Origin: a virus
Taxonomy: Duplodnaviria > Caudoviricetes
DNA: 27,085 bases
IMG/VR virus record: IMGVR_UViG_3300044233_005876
Coordinates: 1-27,085 of that record
Direction: 5' to 3' (one strand)
This document shows, piece after piece, positions 9,356 through 17,792 of the stretch. A program made the translations under genes and the position numbers. The notes beneath the pieces were generated by a model. It ran no database searches. It was given only the letters and a program-made list of their open reading frames with translations, and was not told the origin of the DNA. Positions within the stretch are counted from its first letter, which is position 1. Every line of letters starts with the position of its first letter.

Positions 9356-11344
9356 TTAATCCGAGTATCTACGATCATCATCTAATAACACAGTTTTTAA
9401 AATAGGTATTCTTTTACCTATTCTTTTAGTTTTTACCGCTTCAATAATCTTACCTTGATATTCGTAAATATTAGTCATAACTCTGTTTAGAGTATTACCG
9501 TTTAATGTTTCATTAACACCTACAAAAAATTGTTTTTGATCAGTAATATCTAAATTAATTTTATCTTCTTTGCTCATTTCTAAAAACTCATCAAATCTTA
9601 AATATCCGTCAGTTTCTAAAGTATCAAATTTAGCTAATAATTTTTTATTTAAATTAGATCCCAATAAATTTAAATTAAATAAATGCCTATATAAAGTAGA
9701 ATTAAATGTAATATTATTAAAATATTCATCATTTAAAAATATTTCACTTTTCTTATAAAAATTAGGTCTTTGTGTGTTTAAAAGAGTAATTAAATTATTA
9801 TCTTCATTAAAACTAAATACTCTTCTATTTGACCATAATATTAATTTATCTGAATCAATATTTTCATTACCAATAACTACTAAACCATTGCTTGCTATTG
9901 TAAATACATCAAAATCTGGTAAATCGTCCCATGCAACTTCATATGCTGAAAATTTTGAAAAAATGGTATTCCACATCATTACTGAATCAAATTGAATATT
10001 AATAGTAAATCTTTCAATATTTTTAGATTGTGTATTTACAAAATATTTGTAAACATTTTTAGTAGTTTGTAAATAGTAAATATTACTATCATTCTCTGAA
10101 AAAATAATTTTTCTAGGAAGTTCAAATTTAGCTATTAAAGGAATACTAAATTCAAAAGGGTTACTTGATATTTCATATCTGTCTACTTCATTAAAATTAT
10201 TAGCATTTAAAACTATAATTTTATAAGTTTTTGTTAGTATATATAATAAATCAAAATTCTTATTTAATGTCATACTAATAAACTCATTTTCTTTAAAAAA
10301 GTTAGAATTGGAATATTCAATTTTAAATTTAAAATCTTCACTAAACTTTTTAATCTTTTTCTCAACATCATCATATACATATAAATTTTTGTTGCCATAT
10401 TCAATATACTTGTTATCAGTAAAATTAGTTTTTTCAGTTCCTTCCCCTCCTATAGTGTCAATAAGTTTAATCTTTCTTAAACCAGTTCTATCTTGATTAA
10501 CTATTGTTTTTACATCAGTTTTAAAAATTTGTTGCCTATTTCTATCGTTAATATATAATATATTTTTTTCTGAATCAGCTGCTATACTACTAATATTTTG
10601 AAGCCTTAATTGTTCATCATTACCTAAAGCATTTGCACTTAACACAAAATTAAATTTAGTTTCATTATTATCTATTTCATATGCAAATAAAAATGAGCTT
10701 GTAGATGCAAAAATTGTATAATCATCAGGTACTTTTTTACTTCTAACTGCTAGTATATTCATCTTATCTACATCATAAAATTCACCATTATAAGAAGATA
10801 AAGGTACTAAATTAGGATCTCTACCACCTGAAATAAATCTAACATTAGCTGAAACCCATTGCCATTCAGTACCCGTGTTAGTAGAAGATAATATAGCATA
10901 AGATTCAAAAGTTGAGGGTATAAGAGGATTATTAATATTAGTAAATCTAATTAAATCTTTAAAATTATCATATAATAAATTTAATTTAAAATTAATCGAA
11001 TTTTTATTTATAATCTCATTAGGTTTAAATATAATATCTTCTAATTTATAAGATGGATTTAATATAGTAAATATAGTTCTATCAAAAAACTTTTCAGAAT
11101 TACGAATATCAGTATATACATTTTCAACTATAGTTAATTTATTATTCTGTAAATTTTTAGTTTTATAAAAATTATTACCATCATAATTATAATAACCTAT
11201 ATAATTTACACCATCAAATGTAAATTCATTTCCATCGGTATATGCTATTTTTTTAGACGAGGTGATAGTCTTGTATTCATCACTAGCTGTATTAACTAAA
11301 TCTTCACCTACATAATAATTAGTTGTTATATCATTTATTGCCAT
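9356..11344 (-). CDS. Hypothetical virion protein with NHL-like beta-propeller repeats
   Basis: ISSIAADSEKNILYINDRNRQQIFK, TIGGEGTEKTNF...NLYVYDDVEKKIKKFS and FISMTLNKNFDLLYIL resemble NHL blades (about 10050-10630). Confidence 0.6.
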   Translation of the reverse strand: MAINDITTNYYVGEDLVNTASDEYKTITSSKKIAYTDGNEFTFDGVNYIGYYNYDGNNFYKTKNLQNNKLTIVENVYTDIRNSEKFFDRTIFTILNPSYKLEDIIFKPNEIINKNSINFKLNLLYDNFKDLIRFTNINNPLIPSTFESYAILSSTNTGTEWQWVSANVRFISGGRDPNLVPLSSYNGEFYDVDKMNILAVRSKKVPDDYTIFASTSSFLFAYEIDNNETKFNFVLSANALGNDEQLRLQNISSIAADSEKNILYINDRNRQQIFKTDVKTIVNQDRTGLRKIKLIDTIGGEGTEKTNFTDNKYIEYGNKNLYVYDDVEKKIKKFSEDFKFKIEYSNSNFFKENEFISMTLNKNFDLLYILTKTYKIIVLNANNFNEVDRYEISSNPFEFSIPLIAKFELPRKIIFSENDSNIYYLQTTKNVYKYFVNTQSKNIERFTINIQFDSVMMWNTIFSKFSAYEVAWDDLPDFDVFTIASNGLVVIGNENIDSDKLILWSNRRVFSFNEDNNLITLLNTQRPNFYKKSEIFLNDEYFNNITFNSTLYRHLFNLNLLGSNLNKKLLAKFDTLETDGYLRFDEFLEMSKEDKINLDITDQKQFFVGVNETLNGNTLNRVMTNIYEYQGKIIEAVKTKRIGKRIPILKTVLLDDDRRYSD

Positions 11345-11348
11345 ATTT

Positions 11349-14300
11349 TTATTCTACGTTATAAATTAATTGCTGTTGAGACGGTGTTACCACTTCCACT
11401 GAACTTTGTAAATAGTTTATTAATTCATCTTTTATATCATTATTTATATTGAGATCTTGAATGTTAACTTTTATATAATTACTAATATTACCTGGAATCT
11501 TATATGTAAATAAAGTATCTATTTCTTCTTTATTATTTCTTGTACCACATGGAACTCTAAAATATAAAGGGTCCACTTCTTTTGTTTGTAATTCTAAATA
11601 ATTAACTAAACTTTGATCAAACGATGTATTATGAATTTTTACATTTTTTAAAGTACCACCTGAGCTATTATAATTAATATCTACTAAATTATCTATAGGG
11701 ACATTGCGGATATTTTGCGTATTAATAAACATATCTGGATATAAAATCTTATCAATTGGTATAATATTAGGATTAAAAGTTACTTCACCAAAAACTATAC
11801 CATTATTATAAAGTTTTATTTTACCAGCATTTAAATCGAAATCTAAATTAAAATAATTTTTAATTGCAACATTAGGCACAGTAAATATAATTTCAAAATT
11901 TGTTTGATCTTCTGAACTTATAGCCACAATTTCTCCATCCCAACCACTTAAACCTACAGCAGGGTGATTCCATAAAAATTGTGAATGTCCAGTAGCAGAT
12001 AATGGAGGTCCAGCCTTCTCCCATACTTCAGTTAAAATACTAACGTCTACTAATGAATTTAAATTAAACTTAAAAATTAATTGATCTCTATAATCGCTAT
12101 ATTTTTGATCTAAAGCATAATAATTTATAGGGGTTAAATGAGGTTGATAACCAGATAATATTTGAAACTGCGTGCTTAAAGCTGGGTTAAAAACAAATAT
12201 ATCATTATATTTGTCAGATTCTATCCTTCTATATTTGTAAATACCATTAGGATATACTGAAGTTAAAGAAGAACCATTAAAAGTAGTAACTGGTATATCC
12301 TGTTTTGAAGAATATATAAGTCTCTCAGTAGTATCTACACCAGTTAAATCTAAATTATAAGTTTTTTCTAATATACCAGTATTAGCATTAATTTTATCTA
12401 TAACTATATTTGATGATAAATCTCTGGCAAATGACATTATTTTTAATTGTTTATTTTCTTCAATAAAATCAATCTTATAACCAGTTCTTACAGTTTCACT
12501 TAAAGGAAAAGCAGACAATTTAAATCTTTCTGGGGTAAATTCTTGCACGAAACCTTCGTTAGCAGTTAAATCGACATATTGAACAAATAATCTATTTCCT
12601 ACTGAATTAATATCAAATACTTTTGAATATATACTATCTAATATAGGATCCTCATTTTGAACTAAATCTTCATTATCAAAAACTATTCTTGCTCTTCCTT
12701 CTTGTACAAAGTTAAAAAATACATCGGTATTAAACGCACCTGCATTAGCTGAAAATTCTCTTATAAGAGTAAAATAATTTTCATCAAATGATTGACCTTT
12801 TATAATTCCTCCGCTTAATTCTGAAGATAATACGGTAGAATTTAAAAATGCTTCTCCAGGTATATTTTGTCTAGCTATATATCTATTAATATTTTGTAAA
12901 GAACATGAAACATTATTAGTTAGTTTTTTTGGTTCTTTTCCTACCAAAAACTTAAAACTACCTGATCCATCTGGAACTATACTTTGGTAAGGACCAGCAG
13001 TTAATATGTCATGTTTTGTATCTAAAACAATATTTTCATTAGGAATTAAATTATTTAAGTCTAAATCAATTATTATTTGATCGGTAACATGTTTATTGGT
13101 AATAAAAAATACATTATTATAACCGTGAAAAGTTTTACTCTTATATGATTTTATAATTTCTTCTATAAGATCACTTCTTGTGCTACCATCTTCCGGGTAT
13201 CTTTCATTTAAAATTTCACCAAAATAATTAGTTTTAACTATTTTATTATCACAAACTAAAACTATATTATTATTTTGTTCTAAATATAAAACATCTATTA
13301 TATTTTTAGTGCTTTCATATGTATTAGTTCTGAGTAATTTAAAATTTTGATCGTAAATAAAAAGTCTATTCCCATCTGGTATAAAAACAAATGGTGTAAA
13401 ATAATTGTTATTTCTAAAAGTAAAACCATCTTCATATAGATTACCAAATAGTTGATATGAATTTAATGAAGAAAGAGAATTTAATTCAAGTTCAAAACCT
13501 ATATTAAAATCTTTATTAGGTATAGATTTAAGATCTAGTTTATCATAACCTTTTACTGTGTCTAAATTTACCTCATTAATATTTTGTATTTCTAAAGTTG
13601 ATGTTTGGAAGCTAAATGTATCTTTTAATAATTTAGCACTTTGACTATTTATATATGTATTAATTTGATTATTATTGATACGTTGGTAAGCATAAGAACC
13701 ACTTGGTTCAAAAGTTAAATTACTTTTTAAATCATAATAAACTAAGCTATTATTACCTTCAAAATATTCAGCTGCTTGTGAGCTACTATCAAATCTATTA
13801 GATCTACCTGTAAATGGTAAAGTGTAAGAATTACTATTAGGTATATAATATCTATCATACCATATACCTTTTTCTTTACCATCTCCTTCTAACCAGGTAC
13901 AAAGATAATCACCGAATATATCATTTCTATCTATATCATTTAAATTTTGAAAACCGAAAAATCCACCACTTTGTAATACCAATAAACTAACATCATTTTC
14001 ATTAACTAAAAATTCTTCATCTTCTATAAAAACTTCTTGTAAATTATTTTTATTAACATCAGTAAGTTTAAATATTTTATCACTAAAATATGGATTATTT
14101 GATGCAAATGAACCATTATCAGCTAAACTTGTATCATTTATATTAATTTTTTTATATGGAAATAAACTGCCCGGTAAAGTAAATTCAGTATACGGTTTAG
14201 AACTAATTTTAAACTCTTTATCAAAAAAAGTATAATTTAAAGTAATATTGTCATAGTCTTTTTCTTTACTTTTTTGATTAGTAAAGTTTTGATATTCCCT

Positions 14301-15317
14301 ACCTCTATATTCTAAATTTGTCTCCTTGTTTTCCATAGGAGCTGCATAAGTTATGTTATTGTTAGATATATGATTTTTTAAATTAAAAAATTTAAGATTA
14401 ACATTAGCTTTATCTCCAGAAATTATATCATTATAAGAATAATAAGTTAAAAAGTCATATTTTACTCCGCTTATGGAATCATTAGAAAGATTATAATTAT
14501 TTTCATAATCATAATAAATAAATTGGTCTAAGTTATTAGTATTAAAAAGTACTAATCTGTCATCAACATTTATAGTACCATTTTTTAAATTTTCCTCTGT
14601 AACATCTAATTTACCAATTGAATTAACTGTATTAGATAAAATAATTGAAACAATAGCTTTATCCCCTGCAGGGTTAGAAGAAACTATATCAGTATTGGTA
14701 GTTAATTCAGTTGTTAAAGTTGATACAATTTTATTATCTTTAAATAATCTTAATTTATTATTAGTATTATCATAGTAGTAGTTATAATAATAATTACCAG
14801 TTAATGATATAAGACTAGTACCTAAAAATTTAAAAACTAATGCTTCTTTACCAATATCATATAAAAATTTTACTATTTTACCATCAAAAAATGAAACAGT
14901 ACAATAGTCATTATTTACAAAATCTACCAAAAATTTATCACCGTTTAAATCAACTAAATCAATATTAAAAGTAACTGCTGAATCTTTATCATCTTTAGTT
15001 GTTAATGCTTGTAAAAAAAATTGAGAACTTAATGTACTATTTGTACATTTGAAATTTAATTTAGTATTTAAATCTTGCGTATCTATTTTTTTAGTTAAAT
15101 TAAAAATATCATTAGAGTCTTTATTTTTAATTAAATTATTAACCGTATAATTTTTAATAAAGCTATCATTAGCACTTTTATTAATATTATAAGTAAGTAA
15201 ATTTAACCCTTGAAGAGTAAATTTATTCTCATTAACAAATTCTATTTTTTTATCTGAATCTTGATAATATAGGGGGGTTAAAGCACTTAAATCTTGATAT
15301 GTAGGAAATACTGACAT
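11349..15317 (-). CDS. Large hypothetical virion protein (1322 aa), possible LamG/ConA-like and propeller segments
   Basis: Long ORF in the tail block. FDLNAGKIKLYNNG...GGTLKNVKIHN resembles the C-terminal strands of LamG folds; the assignment is tentative. Confidence 0.55.
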   Translation of the reverse strand: MSVFPTYQDLSALTPLYYQDSDKKIEFVNENKFTLQGLNLLTYNINKSANDSFIKNYTVNNLIKNKDSNDIFNLTKKIDTQDLNTKLNFKCTNSTLSSQFFLQALTTKDDKDSAVTFNIDLVDLNGDKFLVDFVNNDYCTVSFFDGKIVKFLYDIGKEALVFKFLGTSLISLTGNYYYNYYYDNTNNKLRLFKDNKIVSTLTTELTTNTDIVSSNPAGDKAIVSIILSNTVNSIGKLDVTEENLKNGTINVDDRLVLFNTNNLDQFIYYDYENNYNLSNDSISGVKYDFLTYYSYNDIISGDKANVNLKFFNLKNHISNNNITYAAPMENKETNLEYRGREYQNFTNQKSKEKDYDNITLNYTFFDKEFKISSKPYTEFTLPGSLFPYKKININDTSLADNGSFASNNPYFSDKIFKLTDVNKNNLQEVFIEDEEFLVNENDVSLLVLQSGGFFGFQNLNDIDRNDIFGDYLCTWLEGDGKEKGIWYDRYYIPNSNSYTLPFTGRSNRFDSSSQAAEYFEGNNSLVYYDLKSNLTFEPSGSYAYQRINNNQINTYINSQSAKLLKDTFSFQTSTLEIQNINEVNLDTVKGYDKLDLKSIPNKDFNIGFELELNSLSSLNSYQLFGNLYEDGFTFRNNNYFTPFVFIPDGNRLFIYDQNFKLLRTNTYESTKNIIDVLYLEQNNNIVLVCDNKIVKTNYFGEILNERYPEDGSTRSDLIEEIIKSYKSKTFHGYNNVFFITNKHVTDQIIIDLDLNNLIPNENIVLDTKHDILTAGPYQSIVPDGSGSFKFLVGKEPKKLTNNVSCSLQNINRYIARQNIPGEAFLNSTVLSSELSGGIIKGQSFDENYFTLIREFSANAGAFNTDVFFNFVQEGRARIVFDNEDLVQNEDPILDSIYSKVFDINSVGNRLFVQYVDLTANEGFVQEFTPERFKLSAFPLSETVRTGYKIDFIEENKQLKIMSFARDLSSNIVIDKINANTGILEKTYNLDLTGVDTTERLIYSSKQDIPVTTFNGSSLTSVYPNGIYKYRRIESDKYNDIFVFNPALSTQFQILSGYQPHLTPINYYALDQKYSDYRDQLIFKFNLNSLVDVSILTEVWEKAGPPLSATGHSQFLWNHPAVGLSGWDGEIVAISSEDQTNFEIIFTVPNVAIKNYFNLDFDLNAGKIKLYNNGIVFGEVTFNPNIIPIDKILYPDMFINTQNIRNVPIDNLVDINYNSSGGTLKNVKIHNTSFDQSLVNYLELQTKEVDPLYFRVPCGTRNNKEEIDTLFTYKIPGNISNYIKVNIQDLNINNDIKDELINYLQSSVEVVTPSQQQLIYNVE

Positions 15318-15324
15318 CTATTAA

Positions 15325-15332
15325 TATTTATA
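15325..15332 (-). promoter_or_regulatory. Perfect T4 late promoter TATAAATA, 7 nt before ATG 15317
   Basis: Minus strand reads TATAAATA-ttaatag-ATG. Confidence 0.65.
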
Positions 15333-15369
15333 ATGAAAATTATATATCAATTTTTATATATAGTATTTA

Positions 15370-17790
15370 TCAAACAATTAAATTAGTACCAGAATATAAA
15401 TCTTTTAATAATATATCATCTATACTATCATCAATAGAGCTTAGAGTATTTAAATTACATGTAGAACTAATATTGGTGTCATCATAAAATGAAAATACAT
15501 TATCTCCATTCACAGTTGATATATATTCAAAAAATGTATAATAATTAGGTATTTCTGAAGTAGGTAAGCCTTTATTTTCGTTTAATATTCTTAAACCATC
15601 TTCAAGTAACAAATTATCGCCAGACTCATCTTTTAAATATTCATAATCACCAGTTCCACCGGGTAATACTAAACCCCATCCCCATCTAGTATTATATGAT
15701 GATAGAGAAAAAGTTTTATTATTTCCAAGATACCTAAAGTCAAAAGCACTGGTAGGGTCAGTATTTAACAATTTATACCTTTTACTAAATTTTTCATAAG
15801 CTACTATTGGTTTATAACTCTCCCCTCCTGATAATATATCTACATTAAAGTCAATTTTATTACCAAGATTTTTTCCTTTATTTGAACTAGGTCTACCTTC
15901 ATCATCAAAATCTTGATTAAAATTATTTTTCACAGGTATAATTTTCGATCTATTTACACTAAAGAAATCTACTATTCTTTTTAAACTTGCTGGATAATTA
16001 GAAGAAAATTTATTAACATTACTATCTATTAATTTTAAATTACCTATTAAATTATCAATATTTGCAAAATCAATATCACTAGAATTTAATAAAAAATTGG
16101 ATATTTTTTCATATACTTTTACTCCTAAAGTATTAGGATTGCTATCATCGCCAACTATTTGCCCTATAATATCTGTAAAAAATTTAGGATTATTTTTTAA
16201 ATTAGGTTGGTATAAATAATCCAAAAAGTTATCTTTTTGATTATTATCTTCATTTAATTTTCTAAAATCTTTAGCAGCACTAACAGGTAAAATATTAAAA
16301 GTATTACTTTCCCCTTTTAGAGTACTACTTGTAGTACCTTTTAATTTTAAATTATTACCTACCCCATCATACTGAAAAGAACCTTTAAAAAATCCTCCTA
16401 AAGTATCAGCTGAAAGAATGCCCATATCTGATGAAACTGAAGCTTGTAAAGTATTATTATTTTCATCTAATAATTCAATCTTTATAGTAGTACTTGAACC
16501 GTCACCTAATGTTAAATTATTCAAATGTTTAGCCGGGTAGTTAGTTACTGTTTTAATTCTTGCTGTAAAATATATTATTTGATTTTGAAAGTATTTTTTA
16601 TCAAAATTAAATGTATTATCATTATAGCCGTACCCATCAATACCATTTGTAGAAAAAACTATTTTATCTACCGGAGGGTTAGGATTGAGTAAAAGTTTTG
16701 TAGCAGCACTAACTTGATTTAATACCGGTAATTCATTTTTTGGTAAGTTATAATATAATCTTTCTGGATCAATTATTGCAGTGGTATCAAAATTTGCAAA
16801 AATTTCAACTGTATTAGTATCTTTTCTAACAGATTCTACAATATCTGGGGCTATTTGAGGAGCAGGAGCTACGGTAGGGCTCGATGGAGGTGTCTCACCA
16901 CTAAGTTCAGGGGATTCGGTTTGAGGGGATTGGCTTGTATCTAATATGGTAATATTATCAGTACTAGCTACTACAGGACCGGTAAATGAACTTAATCTTA
17001 ACTGTACAGTAAAAGTCTCAGGTCCTTCAGTCTGTTCATCTACAATAGGTGTAACATAAAAATTTGCCACTCCTAAGGCTTCAGTAAAGATAGGCTGTAT
17101 AGTTACAGTACCATTACCATCTCGAATATCAGTCGAATCACAAGTATAATATAGAACAGTACCTGAATCAACATTTATTGTGGTTACACCAATTAATAAA
17201 CTTTCACCTTCATCAACCTCTTTTCTAGAGTGTGCTATATTATTATCCACATAATATGGAGTAAGAAAATATGATTTAGGTAAAGGTGGAGTTAAACTTG
17301 TATCTAATATTGTAATAGTAGGAGTGGTTGCAACTGTAGTTCCGGTAATACTACCGGTTTTTATACTAATTGTAAAATTCTCAGACCCTTCAGTAGTTTC
17401 ATCTAATAATGTAGTAAGATCAAAATTACCAATATTATCATTTACCACAAAACTACCTGATGGGACAGCAAAATCTGTAAAGTTTGAATTTACTTTCCAA
17501 TACAAAGTTGTATATTCAGATACATTAGTTGTAGATGTTGATACTGTATAAGTTTCACCTTCATCAATGAGAGCAGTAGGTTCACCAATATTTGAACCGC
17601 TTTGAAATTTAGGTAATGATACATTATATGTACTAACTACAGGTTCAGGATCATCTTCAGGTGTCGAAACATTACCAAGTACATGATCTTCAGTAACACC
17701 AAAAGCAGTATAAACTCTACCCGACAACGTAATTTTAAAATTATTTGCGGTTTGATTATCTACATAAATTATTTCAGTATTAGTTCTCAT
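15370..17790 (-). CDS. Virion protein with two tandem Calx-beta/Ig-like domains (806 aa; start revised to ATG 17790)
   Basis: The ORF-track start at 17811 is a TTG inside the upstream gene; ATG 17790 (MRTNTEII) lies 2 nt after the upstream stop. Two repeats of the form (I/V)DEGE...D..TEG.E.FT....ITILDTS. Confidence 0.7.
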   Translation of the reverse strand: MRTNTEIIYVDNQTANNFKITLSGRVYTAFGVTEDHVLGNVSTPEDDPEPVVSTYNVSLPKFQSGSNIGEPTALIDEGETYTVSTSTTNVSEYTTLYWKVNSNFTDFAVPSGSFVVNDNIGNFDLTTLLDETTEGSENFTISIKTGSITGTTVATTPTITILDTSLTPPLPKSYFLTPYYVDNNIAHSRKEVDEGESLLIGVTTINVDSGTVLYYTCDSTDIRDGNGTVTIQPIFTEALGVANFYVTPIVDEQTEGPETFTVQLRLSSFTGPVVASTDNITILDTSQSPQTESPELSGETPPSSPTVAPAPQIAPDIVESVRKDTNTVEIFANFDTTAIIDPERLYYNLPKNELPVLNQVSAATKLLLNPNPPVDKIVFSTNGIDGYGYNDNTFNFDKKYFQNQIIYFTARIKTVTNYPAKHLNNLTLGDGSSTTIKIELLDENNNTLQASVSSDMGILSADTLGGFFKGSFQYDGVGNNLKLKGTTSSTLKGESNTFNILPVSAAKDFRKLNEDNNQKDNFLDYLYQPNLKNNPKFFTDIIGQIVGDDSNPNTLGVKVYEKISNFLLNSSDIDFANIDNLIGNLKLIDSNVNKFSSNYPASLKRIVDFFSVNRSKIIPVKNNFNQDFDDEGRPSSNKGKNLGNKIDFNVDILSGGESYKPIVAYEKFSKRYKLLNTDPTSAFDFRYLGNNKTFSLSSYNTRWGWGLVLPGGTGDYEYLKDESGDNLLLEDGLRILNENKGLPTSEIPNYYTFFEYISTVNGDNVFSFYDDTNISSTCNLNTLSSIDDSIDDILLKDLYSGTNLIV
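16933..17570 (-). repeat. Two diverged ~90-aa Calx-beta-like domain repeats (about 17296-17570 and 16933-17220)
   Basis: Protein-level repeat, with identical nucleotide blocks tttcaccttcatcaa (17553-17567, 17202-17216) and cttgtatctaatat (17297-17310, 16934-16947). Confidence 0.8.
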
Positions 17791-17792
17791 TT

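Noticed and set aside
15340-15362. TATATAT...ATATATA hairpin as a terminator
   Set aside because: An A/T-only stem is too weak and there is no clear U-tract.
8166-17551. Plus-strand ORFs 8166-8369, 9570-9758, 9774-9995, 10308-10496 and 17324-17551
   Set aside because: Antisense shadows of the tail genes, mostly with non-ATG starts and no motifs.
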